Assembly: GCF_006345805.1 (NCBI RefSeq)
Contig: NW_021834361.1
Coordinates: 1-49,095, forward strand
Source: Octopus sinensis
Lineage: Eukaryota
Direction: 5' to 3'
Length of the DNA stretch: 49,095 nt
The translations under genes and the position numbers were made by a program. How positions within the stretch are numbered: position 1 is the stretch's first letter; the number at the start of each line of letters is the position of its first letter. The notes below the pieces were generated by a model. That model was not told the DNA's origin. It was given only the letters and a program-made list of their open reading frames with translations, and ran no database searches. Of this stretch, positions 23,604 to 33,813 are shown one piece after another.

Positions 23604-26242
23604 TCTTAATAATAAAATGGTATGGTGTGTGTCTGTCTGTCTGTCTGTGTGTCTGTCTGTGTGTCTGTCTGTCTGTGTCTGTGTGTGCACACCAACTTCA
23701 AATTGGCAATACGATGTCCTCGACTTACATGATGAGGTCCTTAAAACCTTCCCCCCAAAAAAATAAAAAAAAAATTTTCTGCATTTTGGTTAAAATGAAC
23801 AACTACAATGTCCTCGACTTACATATGAAGTCCTTAAAACCTTCCTCATAAAACCTTAAACCTTCCCCCCAAAAAAAATTAAAAAAAAATTTTCTGCATT
23901 TTGGTTAAAATGAACAACTACAATGTCCTCGACTTACATGATGAAGTCCTTAAAACCTTCCCCCCCAAAAAATTAAAAAAAAATTTTTCTGCATTTTGGT
24001 TAAAATGAACAACTACAATGTCCTCGACTTACATGATGAAGTCCTTAAAACCTTCCCCCCCAAAAAAATTAAAAAAAAATTTTCTGCATTTTGGTTAAAA
24101 TGAACAACTACAATGTCCTCGACTTACATGATGAAGTCCTTAAAACCTTCCCCCCCAAAAAAAATTAAAAAAAAATTTTCTGCATTTTGGTTAAAATGAA
24201 CAACTACAATGTCCTCGACTTACATGATGAAGTCCTTAAAACCTTCCCCCCCAAAAAAATTAAAAAAAATTTTCTGCATTTTGGTTAAAATGAACAACTA
24301 CAATGTCCTCGACTTACATGATGAAGTCCTTAAAACCTTCCCCCCAAAAAAAAAAAAAAAATTTTCTGCATTTTGGTTAAAATGAACAACTACAATGTCC
24401 TCGACTTACATGATGAAGTCCTTAAAACCTTCCCCCCCAAAAAATTAAAAAAAAATTTTCTGCATTTTTTTAAAATGAACAACTACAATGTCCTCGACTT
24501 ACATGATGAAGTCCTTAAAACCTTCCCCCCCAAAAAAATAAAAAAAAATTTTCTGCATTTTGGTTAAAATGAACAACTACAATGTCCTCGACTTACATGA
24601 TGAAGTCCTTAAAACCTTCCCCCCAAAAAAATAAAAAAAAATTTTCTGCATTTTGGTTAAAATGAACAACTACAATGTCCTCGACTTACATGATGAAGTC
24701 CTTAAAACCTTCCCCCCAAAAAAATTAAAAAAAAATTTTCTGCATTTTGGTTAAAAAAAACAACTACAATGTCCTCGACTTACATGATGAAGTCCTTAAA
24801 ACCTTCCCCCCCAAAAAATTAAAAAAAAATTTTCTGCATTTTGGTTAAAATGAACAACTACAATGTCCTCGACTTACATGATGAAGTCCTTAAAACCTTC
24901 CCCCCCAAAAAAATTAAAAAAAAATTTTCTGCATTTTGGTTAAAATGAACAACTACAATGTCCTCGACTTACATGATGAAGTCCTTAAAACCTTCCCTCC
25001 AAAAAAAATTAAAAAAAAATTTTCTGCATTTTGGTTAAAATGAACAACTACAATGTCCTCGACTTACATGATGAAGTCCTTAAAACCTTCCCCCCAAAAA
25101 ATCAAAAAATTTTCTGCATTTTGATTAAAATGAACAACGCGAATGTCCTCGACATTCATGATGAGGTCCATTAAAACCTTCAAGGCAAAAATCTCACGTA
25201 TTAAGAATATCCTTGATGAAAACGACAGCGAGAATATTAACAATGATGAACTCCCAATTATTCGCGATAAAGAAATTCAATTCATCCTATGTTTTTCTCT
25301 TTTAAAATTTTGCATATATCATTATCGACCATGAATCAAAATTAAAGCTATTATCATATTTGACTTTGACAGAATGTGCAATCACAGATTGCACGACTTT
25401 GAATAGAGTGTGCAATTAACAGATTTTGAAAAACCACTTTGATAGTTGAAACCACATTAGCACAATCATTAACACAATTTACCACCAATTGACGCACGAC
25501 CTTGAATAGAGTGTGCAATTAACAGATTTTGAAAAACACTTTGATAGTTGAAACCACATTAGCACAACCATTAACACAATTTACCACCAATTGACAGCGC
25601 AATCAGAAGAATTTGCGTAAAAATATTAACTATTTACTTGAGTTTTCGTAAAGATAGAATTTATTTTCGGTATGCCTCTTTTCCTAAACTTTTTTATTAT
25701 TCAAAAATAATTTTAAATAGATAACCGAAGGAGGAAAAACGAAGCTGAAGAAAAAACGGTCAGCTTAATAAGGTAATTAATTAAATCTTTTTTGTGTGTC
25801 GCTTTCTTGCCTGCCGCATCTCCCCCTGCCCCATTTCCGCCAGTAAAAAACAAAAAAATAAAAAAAGAAAAAAAGGAAATTACAAAGGAAAAATGAAAAA
25901 ATTAAATATAAAAAAAATAGACCACAAAAAATGAAAAAAAAAGTTTGCAATGACAATAAACAGGCCCAGGGACAGTCATTAAAGGTAGTTGGGTTATTTT
26001 TAGAGAGTGAGTGCTTTTCACATGGACAGCTGTATGTGGGATGCTCGAGGGTAGGCAGAAGAGAAAATTTATTCATATATGCCAAGGAAGGACGGACGAC
26101 AAAACTCGTTATCAACAGGCGATAGAATAGGGTTACATTAAACCAGGTAGTTTTATACATCTACATAAACTTATAGTTGTTTGATGAAACAGGCCCTCCG
26201 CAGGAGCTAGGTCGCGGTGAGCGAAGCGAGCTGCCGAGCTAG
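23604..26242 (+). mobile_element. Non-autonomous Helitron, copy 2, with expanded internal minisatellite
   Basis: Same A|TC..CTAG|T ends, hairpin and helicase remnant (GQSLKVVG..FSHGQLYVGCSRVG) as copy 1. Confidence 0.93.
23705..25175 (+). repeat. ~94-bp tandem minisatellite: 16 unit heads versus 3 in Helitron copy 1
   Basis: Unit AATGTCCTCGACTTACATGATGAAGTCCTTAAAACCTT(C)n(A)nTT(A)nTTTTCTGCATTTTGGTTAAAATGAACAACTAC; variation is mainly in homopolymer length. Confidence 0.97.
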
Positions 26243-26680
26243 TCTTATTATAATTTAGATGAAAATAACGAGGCATCGTTTGTCGAAGATGAACTTAATG
26301 GTAAATTTACGATGTATTTATTTTTAGAAACGAATAATAAAAGATTGTGGGACGAATCCGTCATTGAAGCTACACAGATTTGAATCCCCATATGAAGAAA
26401 AGGGAAAAGTAAAAAATATAATGTCTAAATAAGATTCATGGTTAGTTGTCTTTCCTAACAAACATTTAGTTCGAATTACGAAATAGTTACTATGAATAGA
26501 GATAAAAATGTTAAGTTTTTTGATTTTTTAGCAATTATCTTTAGTCAAGTAATTAGGTCAAACTATGTAGGTCGCCCTGTCAATCTTGTCAACAATGAAG
26601 GTCGCTCTGGTCGCCAGCGTGGGATGGTCGCCAGCGTGGGTCGCGACATAATATATTTATTTAAATATAATTTTTTAATA

Positions 26681-28641
26681 GAATAGAATAGAATAGTGTT
26701 TATTGAGCGAAAAGAAAAAGAAAAACAAGGAAGAAAAACATCGGCGGGGAGATAAAAACAAGGCACCGAAGTGTCTCTTTCCATGCGTATCCCCAATACT
26801 AGTCATGTTTGACGACAATTCTCCAAGACCATCCGGATCGTGGGCACAGAGGATTCTTGTGAGTCTTTTAGCCTTCCGTCAAGTTGTACTCCGTAAGCCA
26901 ATTTCATAGCGAAACGTCTTGTCTTTTCCAACTGTTCGATCAGGTAGTCACTCTCCTCCGTACCGTACCAGCCCTCGTAGCCATATGTGAGGACTGGCTG
27001 CACACACGTTTTGTATACGTAGATGTACGTTTCCGGATCCAGATGGAACCTGGTTAAGCTTTTGAGGATCCTCACACTCCTCTTTCTCTGATTTGCTATA
27101 TGCTCTACGTACGAGCCACGACAGTTGATGGTTGCTCCCAGGTAAGAAAGATTTTTGCTTTTCGGGAGATCCATCACATAGCTACTCATCGCATATGCAC
27201 ACGACTCCGCATAGCGACTCCCTCTCCGCAACCATGAAATGGTGCTCTTCTCCGGTGCTAGGGTCAAACCCTTCTCTATAGTCCACATCTTTAGCGTTGC
27301 AATGTATGATTTCAGTCGTCTCCAAGACTGCGATATCCTTTTCGAGGTATCCATAACCAGGATATCGTCAGCATAGATAACGAGCTTGCCAGTACGTGTC
27401 GACGGCAGAGGAATGTCCGCCAAGAAGAGGTTGAACAGAAGTGGACTCAAGATAGATCCCTGCGGGACTCCCCTTCTAAGTTCCACACACCCCGATAGGC
27501 GGTTTCCACAGCGGACAAATGATTGTCTTCCTGACAAGAAGCTCTCCAGCCATCGATAGGTCTTTATCCCGGCTCCGATGTCATGGATTCTGGAGAGTAG
27601 GCCCAGGTGCCACACGCTATCGAAGGCTTTGGCCAGATCCAGACACACCACAGTTAGCCATGCTTCATTGCTGTCAGCACGGGATAATTGGTGCTCTAAC
27701 TCCCTGAGGCAGTCCCCTGTGGATCTTCCTCCACGAAATCCCCATTGTTCAGGTAAAAGCAAATTTTGTGATTCTATATGACCAGAGAGTCTGTTAAAGA
27801 CAATCTTTTCCATTGTCTTAGAGAAAGCACAAATGAGGCTAATTGGCCGGTAGTTCTGTGCCAGCAGTGTCGATTTACCAGATTTTGGAATCATTCGAAC
27901 AATCGTATGCTTCCACGCCGATGGAAGGTGTCCGAACGTCCAGCTGGCGTGAAACAACATAGTCAATGCTCGTATCAAGATTTCAGGGGCCTTCTTTAAC
28001 AACTTCGGAGGGATGTAGTCGAAGCCAGGCGCCTTGTTCTTCAACCCAGCAATTGCCCTTTCAACCTCTTCCTGTGTTATCGCCCCACATAATGGTCCCT
28101 CCGATAATTGCGAAGAGCCAAGCTTCTTCACAATTCGGTCATAAGTCCCTCGTGGAACGGTAGATTCGACCTCTTGAACCTGATTAAGTTGGTTCCTGAG
28201 TACTCTCCGGGATACGATCAGAGGAAATATATTTCCCGTCTGGTTCTTTTAGTGAAATTTCAAATCCTTTGGCATCATTTCTGGTAAGGCGTTGATATGT
28301 TTTCCAGAAATTAGGGTTTCGCTTATCCAGTTTTCTGCATTCAGACCTCCATTTACTTTCGACCTCAGTCTTGGCCATTTTTGCAATAGTAGATTTTATC
28401 TTGTCGATCTCCAATTTTAGGCGGCATTTGATTGACTCAACCCGACATCTTCTCCTGCGATTTTCCAGGTACCTTTCGTTCTGATCAGAGTGACAAGTTT
28501 CGAATTCATCCGCTTTTGCGTTCCTTTGGGTTTCCATACATTTTTTAATGCATAAACATCCAGGAATTTTATGATTGACGATCTAAGGTGATCATCGAGA
28601 TTGTCAATATCATCTCTGCTTCTCAGAGGCTGGGACACGAC
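26681..28641 (-). mobile_element. 5'-truncated non-LTR retrotransposon (I/Jockey group)
   Basis: RT motifs KAPGFD, YRPISL, QWGFR, LDLAKAFDSVWH, GVPQGSILSPLLF, YADD; AATAAA then (CTATT)n tail; 12-bp TSD AATTTTTTAATA (26669-26680, 28642-28653). Confidence 0.9.
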
Positions 28642-28702
28642 AATTTTTTAATAATTTAGTAAATAAAAATATTAATTAAAAACATAAATAATAATTAGTC
28701 TT

Positions 28703-28967
28703 TCCGAGAAGATGAAGATTGGAAAGTACAAGGAGCTCTCTGAACGGTATCTGTTCACTCCCATCGCCGTCGAGACTTCCGGCGTCATCGGCGAAAAGTC
28801 TCTTTCCTTTCTAAAAAAGCTTGGCCGCATGATCTCCCATAAACGGGGAGACCCACGCGAGTCCAAGTGGCTTTTCGAAAGGATTTCCTTGGCCATAGTA
28901 CGTGGAAACTGTGTTTCCATTTACGATGCCGGGAATTTAGTTAGTTAATAACTATTTGTTAATTACA

Positions 28968-29003
<36 letters not shown>
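28703..29003 (+). mobile_element. Very recent 3'-end CRE insertion with 35-nt poly(A)
   Basis: Almost identical to the 3' end of 22438-23559; poly(A) 28971-29005; 13-bp TSD AATAATTAGTCTT (28690-28702, 29004-29016). Confidence 0.93.
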
Positions 29004-29007
<4 letters not shown>

Positions 29008-29021
29008 ATTAGTCTTGTTGA

Positions 29022-29769
29022 ATGGGTTTTCACGTATTGACACCGCCGATATATTTGTGCTCAATAATTTCCTTCTTTGTGGGTAAGACATTTATATTTT
29101 AGTTTATTAAGGAACTGCCCTTCTCCTCAATCAGAGTGGAGTCCGTTTCGACCTTGGATGGTGGTCCTGTCTGCCATATTTGTAGGTTCCTCACTTCAGT
29201 GACTCCAGCAATGTGGGCCACTACTGGAGTGGGTCTCACCATCGGACTCTCAGTCATTGGAGCTGCCTGGTTAGTCCGCCTGCCTTATCCAAGGGGCATT
29301 TTCCTGACGGCTTCCAGCATAATGAGTGCCGGAGTCCGCGAACCTCGAATTCGGACGCGGAATTTGATAAGCATTGTCTTCTCGGAGGCTGTGGCCATTT
29401 ACGGAATTGCGGTTTCGATGGTGATGATCAACACCTACACTGTGCCTGCCTTGTGACTATTCCAGCGATTTGATTTGAGTACAGCCAGTGACTACGTGCT
29501 GAGGGTGAACTACTACGGGGGATATGCCTTCATGGGGGCTGGACTGCTTGTCGGATTTGCGAATTTGTTTAGTGGGATATGTGTGGGCATTATTGGGTCG
29601 TCCATTGCTCTATCTGACGCACAGAATCCGTCAGCTTTCTTGAAGTTGATAATTATGGAAATATTTGCCACTGCTTTGGGCATTTTTGGAGTCATTTCTG
29701 GGATTCTGATGGTTTTGTTTGTCCGACTGATTGTAGATATCCCGTGTCAAGTTTGGCAATATAGTCTAA
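29022..29769 (+). CDS. ATP6V0B: V-type ATPase 21-kDa proteolipid subunit c''
   Basis: [65 protein letters not shown]; four introns of 25-29 nt. Confidence 0.95.
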
Positions 29770-30621
29770 TCGAGCTAATTTTACTTACTTTCTATGTTTA
29801 TTTATTAAATTTTGTTAACAGTGTGTGTTTTATAACAAATGGGAATTTTCTGACCGATCGACTTTTTGATGATTACAGTATTTATAAATTAGTCGAATTA
29901 TACAAAATTGAATTGACAAAATGATAATTTGTCACATGTATATTTCATTCCGAATACAAAAGTCTTGTAGGGAAGTAATCTAGTGTATAAATTCAGGCAA
30001 ATTTATTTAAAATAGTGCTGTTGAGACCTGCCTATAGCCTTTTCACGAGAGCAATAGTACTTTATAGCTCCGGATAGGCAGGAGGCACACTTTATTATAC
30101 GTAAAATTAGTTAAGGTTTGTTGATCGTAGGACAAATGAAATAATTTTATTTTTTTGTTTCTTTTTCTTGCGTGTCACTTCTTAAACCCTTATAGAACCT
30201 CTCATCGGATGAGCAGCAGCCAGAATCATTTTGAAAATCACTATTACATATACGAAAATAATCTTTAAATAAAATTATATAAAATTTCCAAGGAAGATAC
30301 TCTTCTCTAGCTGGCATTTATTTGTATTGACAAATTGTACTTTAGCGTTATTCAAAATAGCATATGAAGTAGCAAATCAAACAAGCCTCTTAATAAGTTG
30401 TGTGATTAAAAACAGTTCTGGACGCGTCACAAAACATAAATAATTGTAGCCGTGATAGAAATAATTGGTTGGTAATGGTAAAAATTAGTTTCGAACATTC
30501 AAATATGAATTCATCTAATTTAATTTCAAATAATTAACTTTAGTTTAATAATCTCGATAAATATACTATTGTAAAAAACACACCTCGATTTATTGCTGTG
30601 TGCTATTTAATTTAGTTAAAA

Positions 30622-31704
30622 ATGAGTAAAGATGAATCATACGTGTATTCCGACGTGGAAGAACGAGAGAGAATGGAACTAATGTTATACCAGCAGCATT
30701 ATTACGGCACACACACCAACCATTCATCTCCAAACTCCACAGTCGAGAATAAAAACCAAGACTCCCCAATATATGTATCATCAGGAAGTGAGAGTTGCCA
30801 ACTACACTTCACTCCAATCAGAAGAAAGTCACTTTTATCCACTCTTTCCCCATTTCCGAAAACACGTCCCGACCGCGAGGCTCGTCAACGTGATATAAAA
30901 AAACTGATGGTGACTATAAAACAGTAATAGAGCAGACTGGGTGCCTGTGTTGTGGGTCGAATGAGCATTTTTTGCATTCCTGTCCGAAATGTGTGTGCGG
31001 AATATGCGGGAGTGTCGGCCATAGGATTTCCCACTGTAAACATCGGGCGGAATTGTCGAAGGAGTGTCTGCGTTGTCACAAAATGGGTCACATCGCCAAG
31101 AAGTGTCCTGAGTTGTGGAGGCAGTATCACGTTACAGTTCTCTCTCTTTTTTATGTTTAGACACTCTACGGACCCCCCGTTCCCCTCGTATTTGACAAAA
31201 AACCCAACAAAATGAGTCACACGTGTGGAATCTGTGCAGGAAAACATCACTACTCGGTTTTTGTAGTTATGATATTTGAAGGACTGTTCTCGGAAGCCTA
31301 AAAAGTCTTTATCTGCGATTTTCTCTCCGTTCATGTCCTCTTATGATTCGCATGATGTGTATGCCAGCAATACAAATGGTTGTTCGGTTGAAAATGTCAA
31401 TTCCTCAAGAAGACAATCTAAGCAGTTGAAATCTGAAACATCCGCCGATTCGTCACGTGGCAGTTATAAAAGAGGAAGGTCGCCTGATAGAAATAAATCG
31501 AGGTTTCAGGATGTTTCTTTCAGTAAAAAGCAACAGAAGAAATTTGGTTTTAAAATTGAAAAACTTAAAAACAAATCAAGTTTGAATTTTGATGGCCATC
31601 CGATTCAGAAATTTTCAAAGTTTATCAAAAATAATAAACCACTGTTAAATAAAACGGAAAATTATAGTTCACACAATAATCCGCGTGGTTATGTTCGAAA
31701 ATGA
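30622..31704 (+). CDS. ZCCHC7: ZCCHC7/Air1-2-like zinc-knuckle protein (TRAMP subunit)
   Basis: Tandem CX2CX4HX4C knuckles (CLCCGSNEHFLHSC, CGICGSVGHRISHC, CLRCHKMGHIAKKC), the Air signature CPELWRQYHVT, SPFMSSYD and a basic C-terminus; mini-introns. Confidence 0.8.
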
Positions 31705-31869
31705 GCATTCTTGAATATATTTGTATTCTTATGATATTTCAATCTATAATTTTGTCTGAATGTATTATTTGAAATAGAATAAAATGATTTTTTTTAAACT
31801 TGCCGAGTGGCAAGGTTCTTGGTACTTTTCACCTTTGCGTGCTTCCTCAATAATTATATCTCAATTTCC

Positions 31870-31970
31870 CTGAGAAGCGAACGACTAGCTAGTATTAATA
31901 CGTTCCCTTTCCGTGAAGACAAGCCTCTTGTCTGGGATGTCACATTCTCCGACACTGCCCTTGTCGGAGA
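31870..31970 (+). mobile_element. Short CRE RLE-domain relic
   Basis: Translates as TFPFREDKPLVWDVTFSDT. Confidence 0.55.
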
Positions 31971-32336
31971 CGGGTGGGAGACATGTCTGTTCTAAGTCCA
32001 TTAACAGCACAATGATCAGAGGTGAAAAAATCTTCCTACAGTATATCTCTATTGATTTCAACTTCTCCCAGTGTTCTGTTGTCCAAATTTATACTGATTT
32101 TCCATTTGGTAGTAAGTTCCTGAATAAACATTACCATTCAACACGGGAGGCCAGAGTTTTGCAGGGTCTGGATTAAGAATTCGTGGTCGACTGAGTCAGA
32201 TGCTTTGTTCACATCAATCCACATACAAGATAACTTATTCCCATTTTGCTGGTTGATGCACTGATTTACGATTGCATGTTCCTTCACTCCCCGACACATT
32301 CTTCGTGTTCCAAGTTGATTGTCGCTAACGAGGCTA

Positions 32337-33811
32337 CAGTCCCGTCCAAATGTTAGAGGCACCCTATTTTTTCCCTAAAAAAGGCACTTATTTGTCATTT
32401 TTTGAAAAATGTTTTTTGTTAATAACAAACTATTGAATAAAAAATCTTAACCTAAAATTTTTGAGCACATTTAGTTTATAATGTGTATTTACTAAGAAAC
32501 TCAAAATAATACATCGTTCATATGTTAGAAGCACATTTCAATAACGAAAGACAAAATTATCCAAAAATTTAATATTTAGTCATTCCTCCATTATTTATGA
32601 CTACCGAAGATATTCTTCTTGGAATTGACTCAAAAAGCTTAATAACCACACCTGTATCAATGTTTTCCCAGGCCTTCTTTGTTTCATTCCATAATTCTTG
32701 AATCGTTGATGCTCCACATTTTTTAACTTCTTTTTTTAAAATTGCCCATAGATTTTCAATTATATTTAAGTCAGGAAATTGACTTGGCCATTTTTACATG
32801 AGTTTTATGTTGTTTTCGGCCATAAACGCTCTAGTGGATTTTGATGTATGACATGTTGCTCCATCTTGTTGAAGAAAATAATTTTCTTCATAAAAATTTT
32901 CAAATCCTTCTTTTATAACGCGTTGATATTCGGCGGAGTCGACTGTTTTTCGGCAAAGGACAATTGATCTTTGCCCATTGCTTTTAATTGCTCCCCATAT
33001 CGTAATTGATAAAGGAATTTCACAGTTTCAATTGAATATTCTTTCTGTAATTTTGATCCAGGGGGTCTTCTTATGTATTGCCTAGACATCTGATTTAACT
33101 GAATCCGACATTCATCAGAAATATCACTAAATTCCAGTCGTCTTGATTCCACGGAATTTTAGTAAGACACCATGTATATCTTTTATCAACCTGAGATGCA
33201 GTCAATTTTGGTTTTTTCACTGCAATGCGTCCGAATAATTGTTGCGTCTCAAAATTCGTTTAATTGTCGAAAGACTCACTTTTCCGGAAAAGTTACAGCA
33301 TATAAGAAGATCGTTGGCGGTCATTTTTGGTGTAATTTTGACATTCTGATAAGATAGCGTTCATCATTTTTGGTTAATTTTTTGTTCCTTCCCTTTTTTG
33401 GCATATCGTTATATAAATATCCGTGTAAAAATCGCTTTTTAATTTTTTGAATGGCCAACGAGAGATTCCCAAATCTTTGGATATTTTCACCTGAGATTCG
33501 CCACATTTTAATTTTTCGATGACGAGAAACCTGTTATAAGCTGATACACTAGGCATTTGAATTTTTTATTAGAATTAATAATAATAAATTATAGAATTAT
33601 TGCTTTTTACATAAGTGCCTCTAACTTACGAGCAACCAATTATTTTTTGTTTTCAAGTTTGAGAATACTATCGGTCGAATATTTATAAAAACTTTGGAAA
33701 TGTTTAATTTCTTTTAAAAACTTAATTTATTCTTTAAAATCTTTCGAAAAATAATAAATAAGTGCCTTTTTAGGGAAAAAATAGGGTGCCTCTAACATTT
33801 GGACGGGACTG
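32337..33811 (-). mobile_element. Tc1 transposon with IR/DR-type ends; frameshifted transposase (33556 to 32569)
   Basis: ~56-bp TIRs CAGTCCCGTCCAAATGTTAGAGGCACCC.., TA on both sides; DGATCH, WPSQFPDLNIIENLW motifs; inner repeats at ~32522 and ~33614. Confidence 0.93.
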
Positions 33812-33813
33812 TA

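Noticed and set aside
23705-25175. Regular array resembling a CRISPR locus
   Set aside because: Units are near-identical end to end with no unique spacers, there are no cas genes, and the context is a eukaryotic Helitron.
26565-26650. Short GC-rich patch with GGTCGCCAGCGTGGG duplicated and TATGT..ACATA ends (tiny MITE?)
   Set aside because: Terminal repeats match for only ~5 bp and no second copy is in the window.
29475-29924. 149-aa ORF implying a C-terminally extended proteolipid
   Set aside because: Read-through of a 25-nt intron; the spliced form ends [10 protein letters not shown] at 29769, like orthologs.
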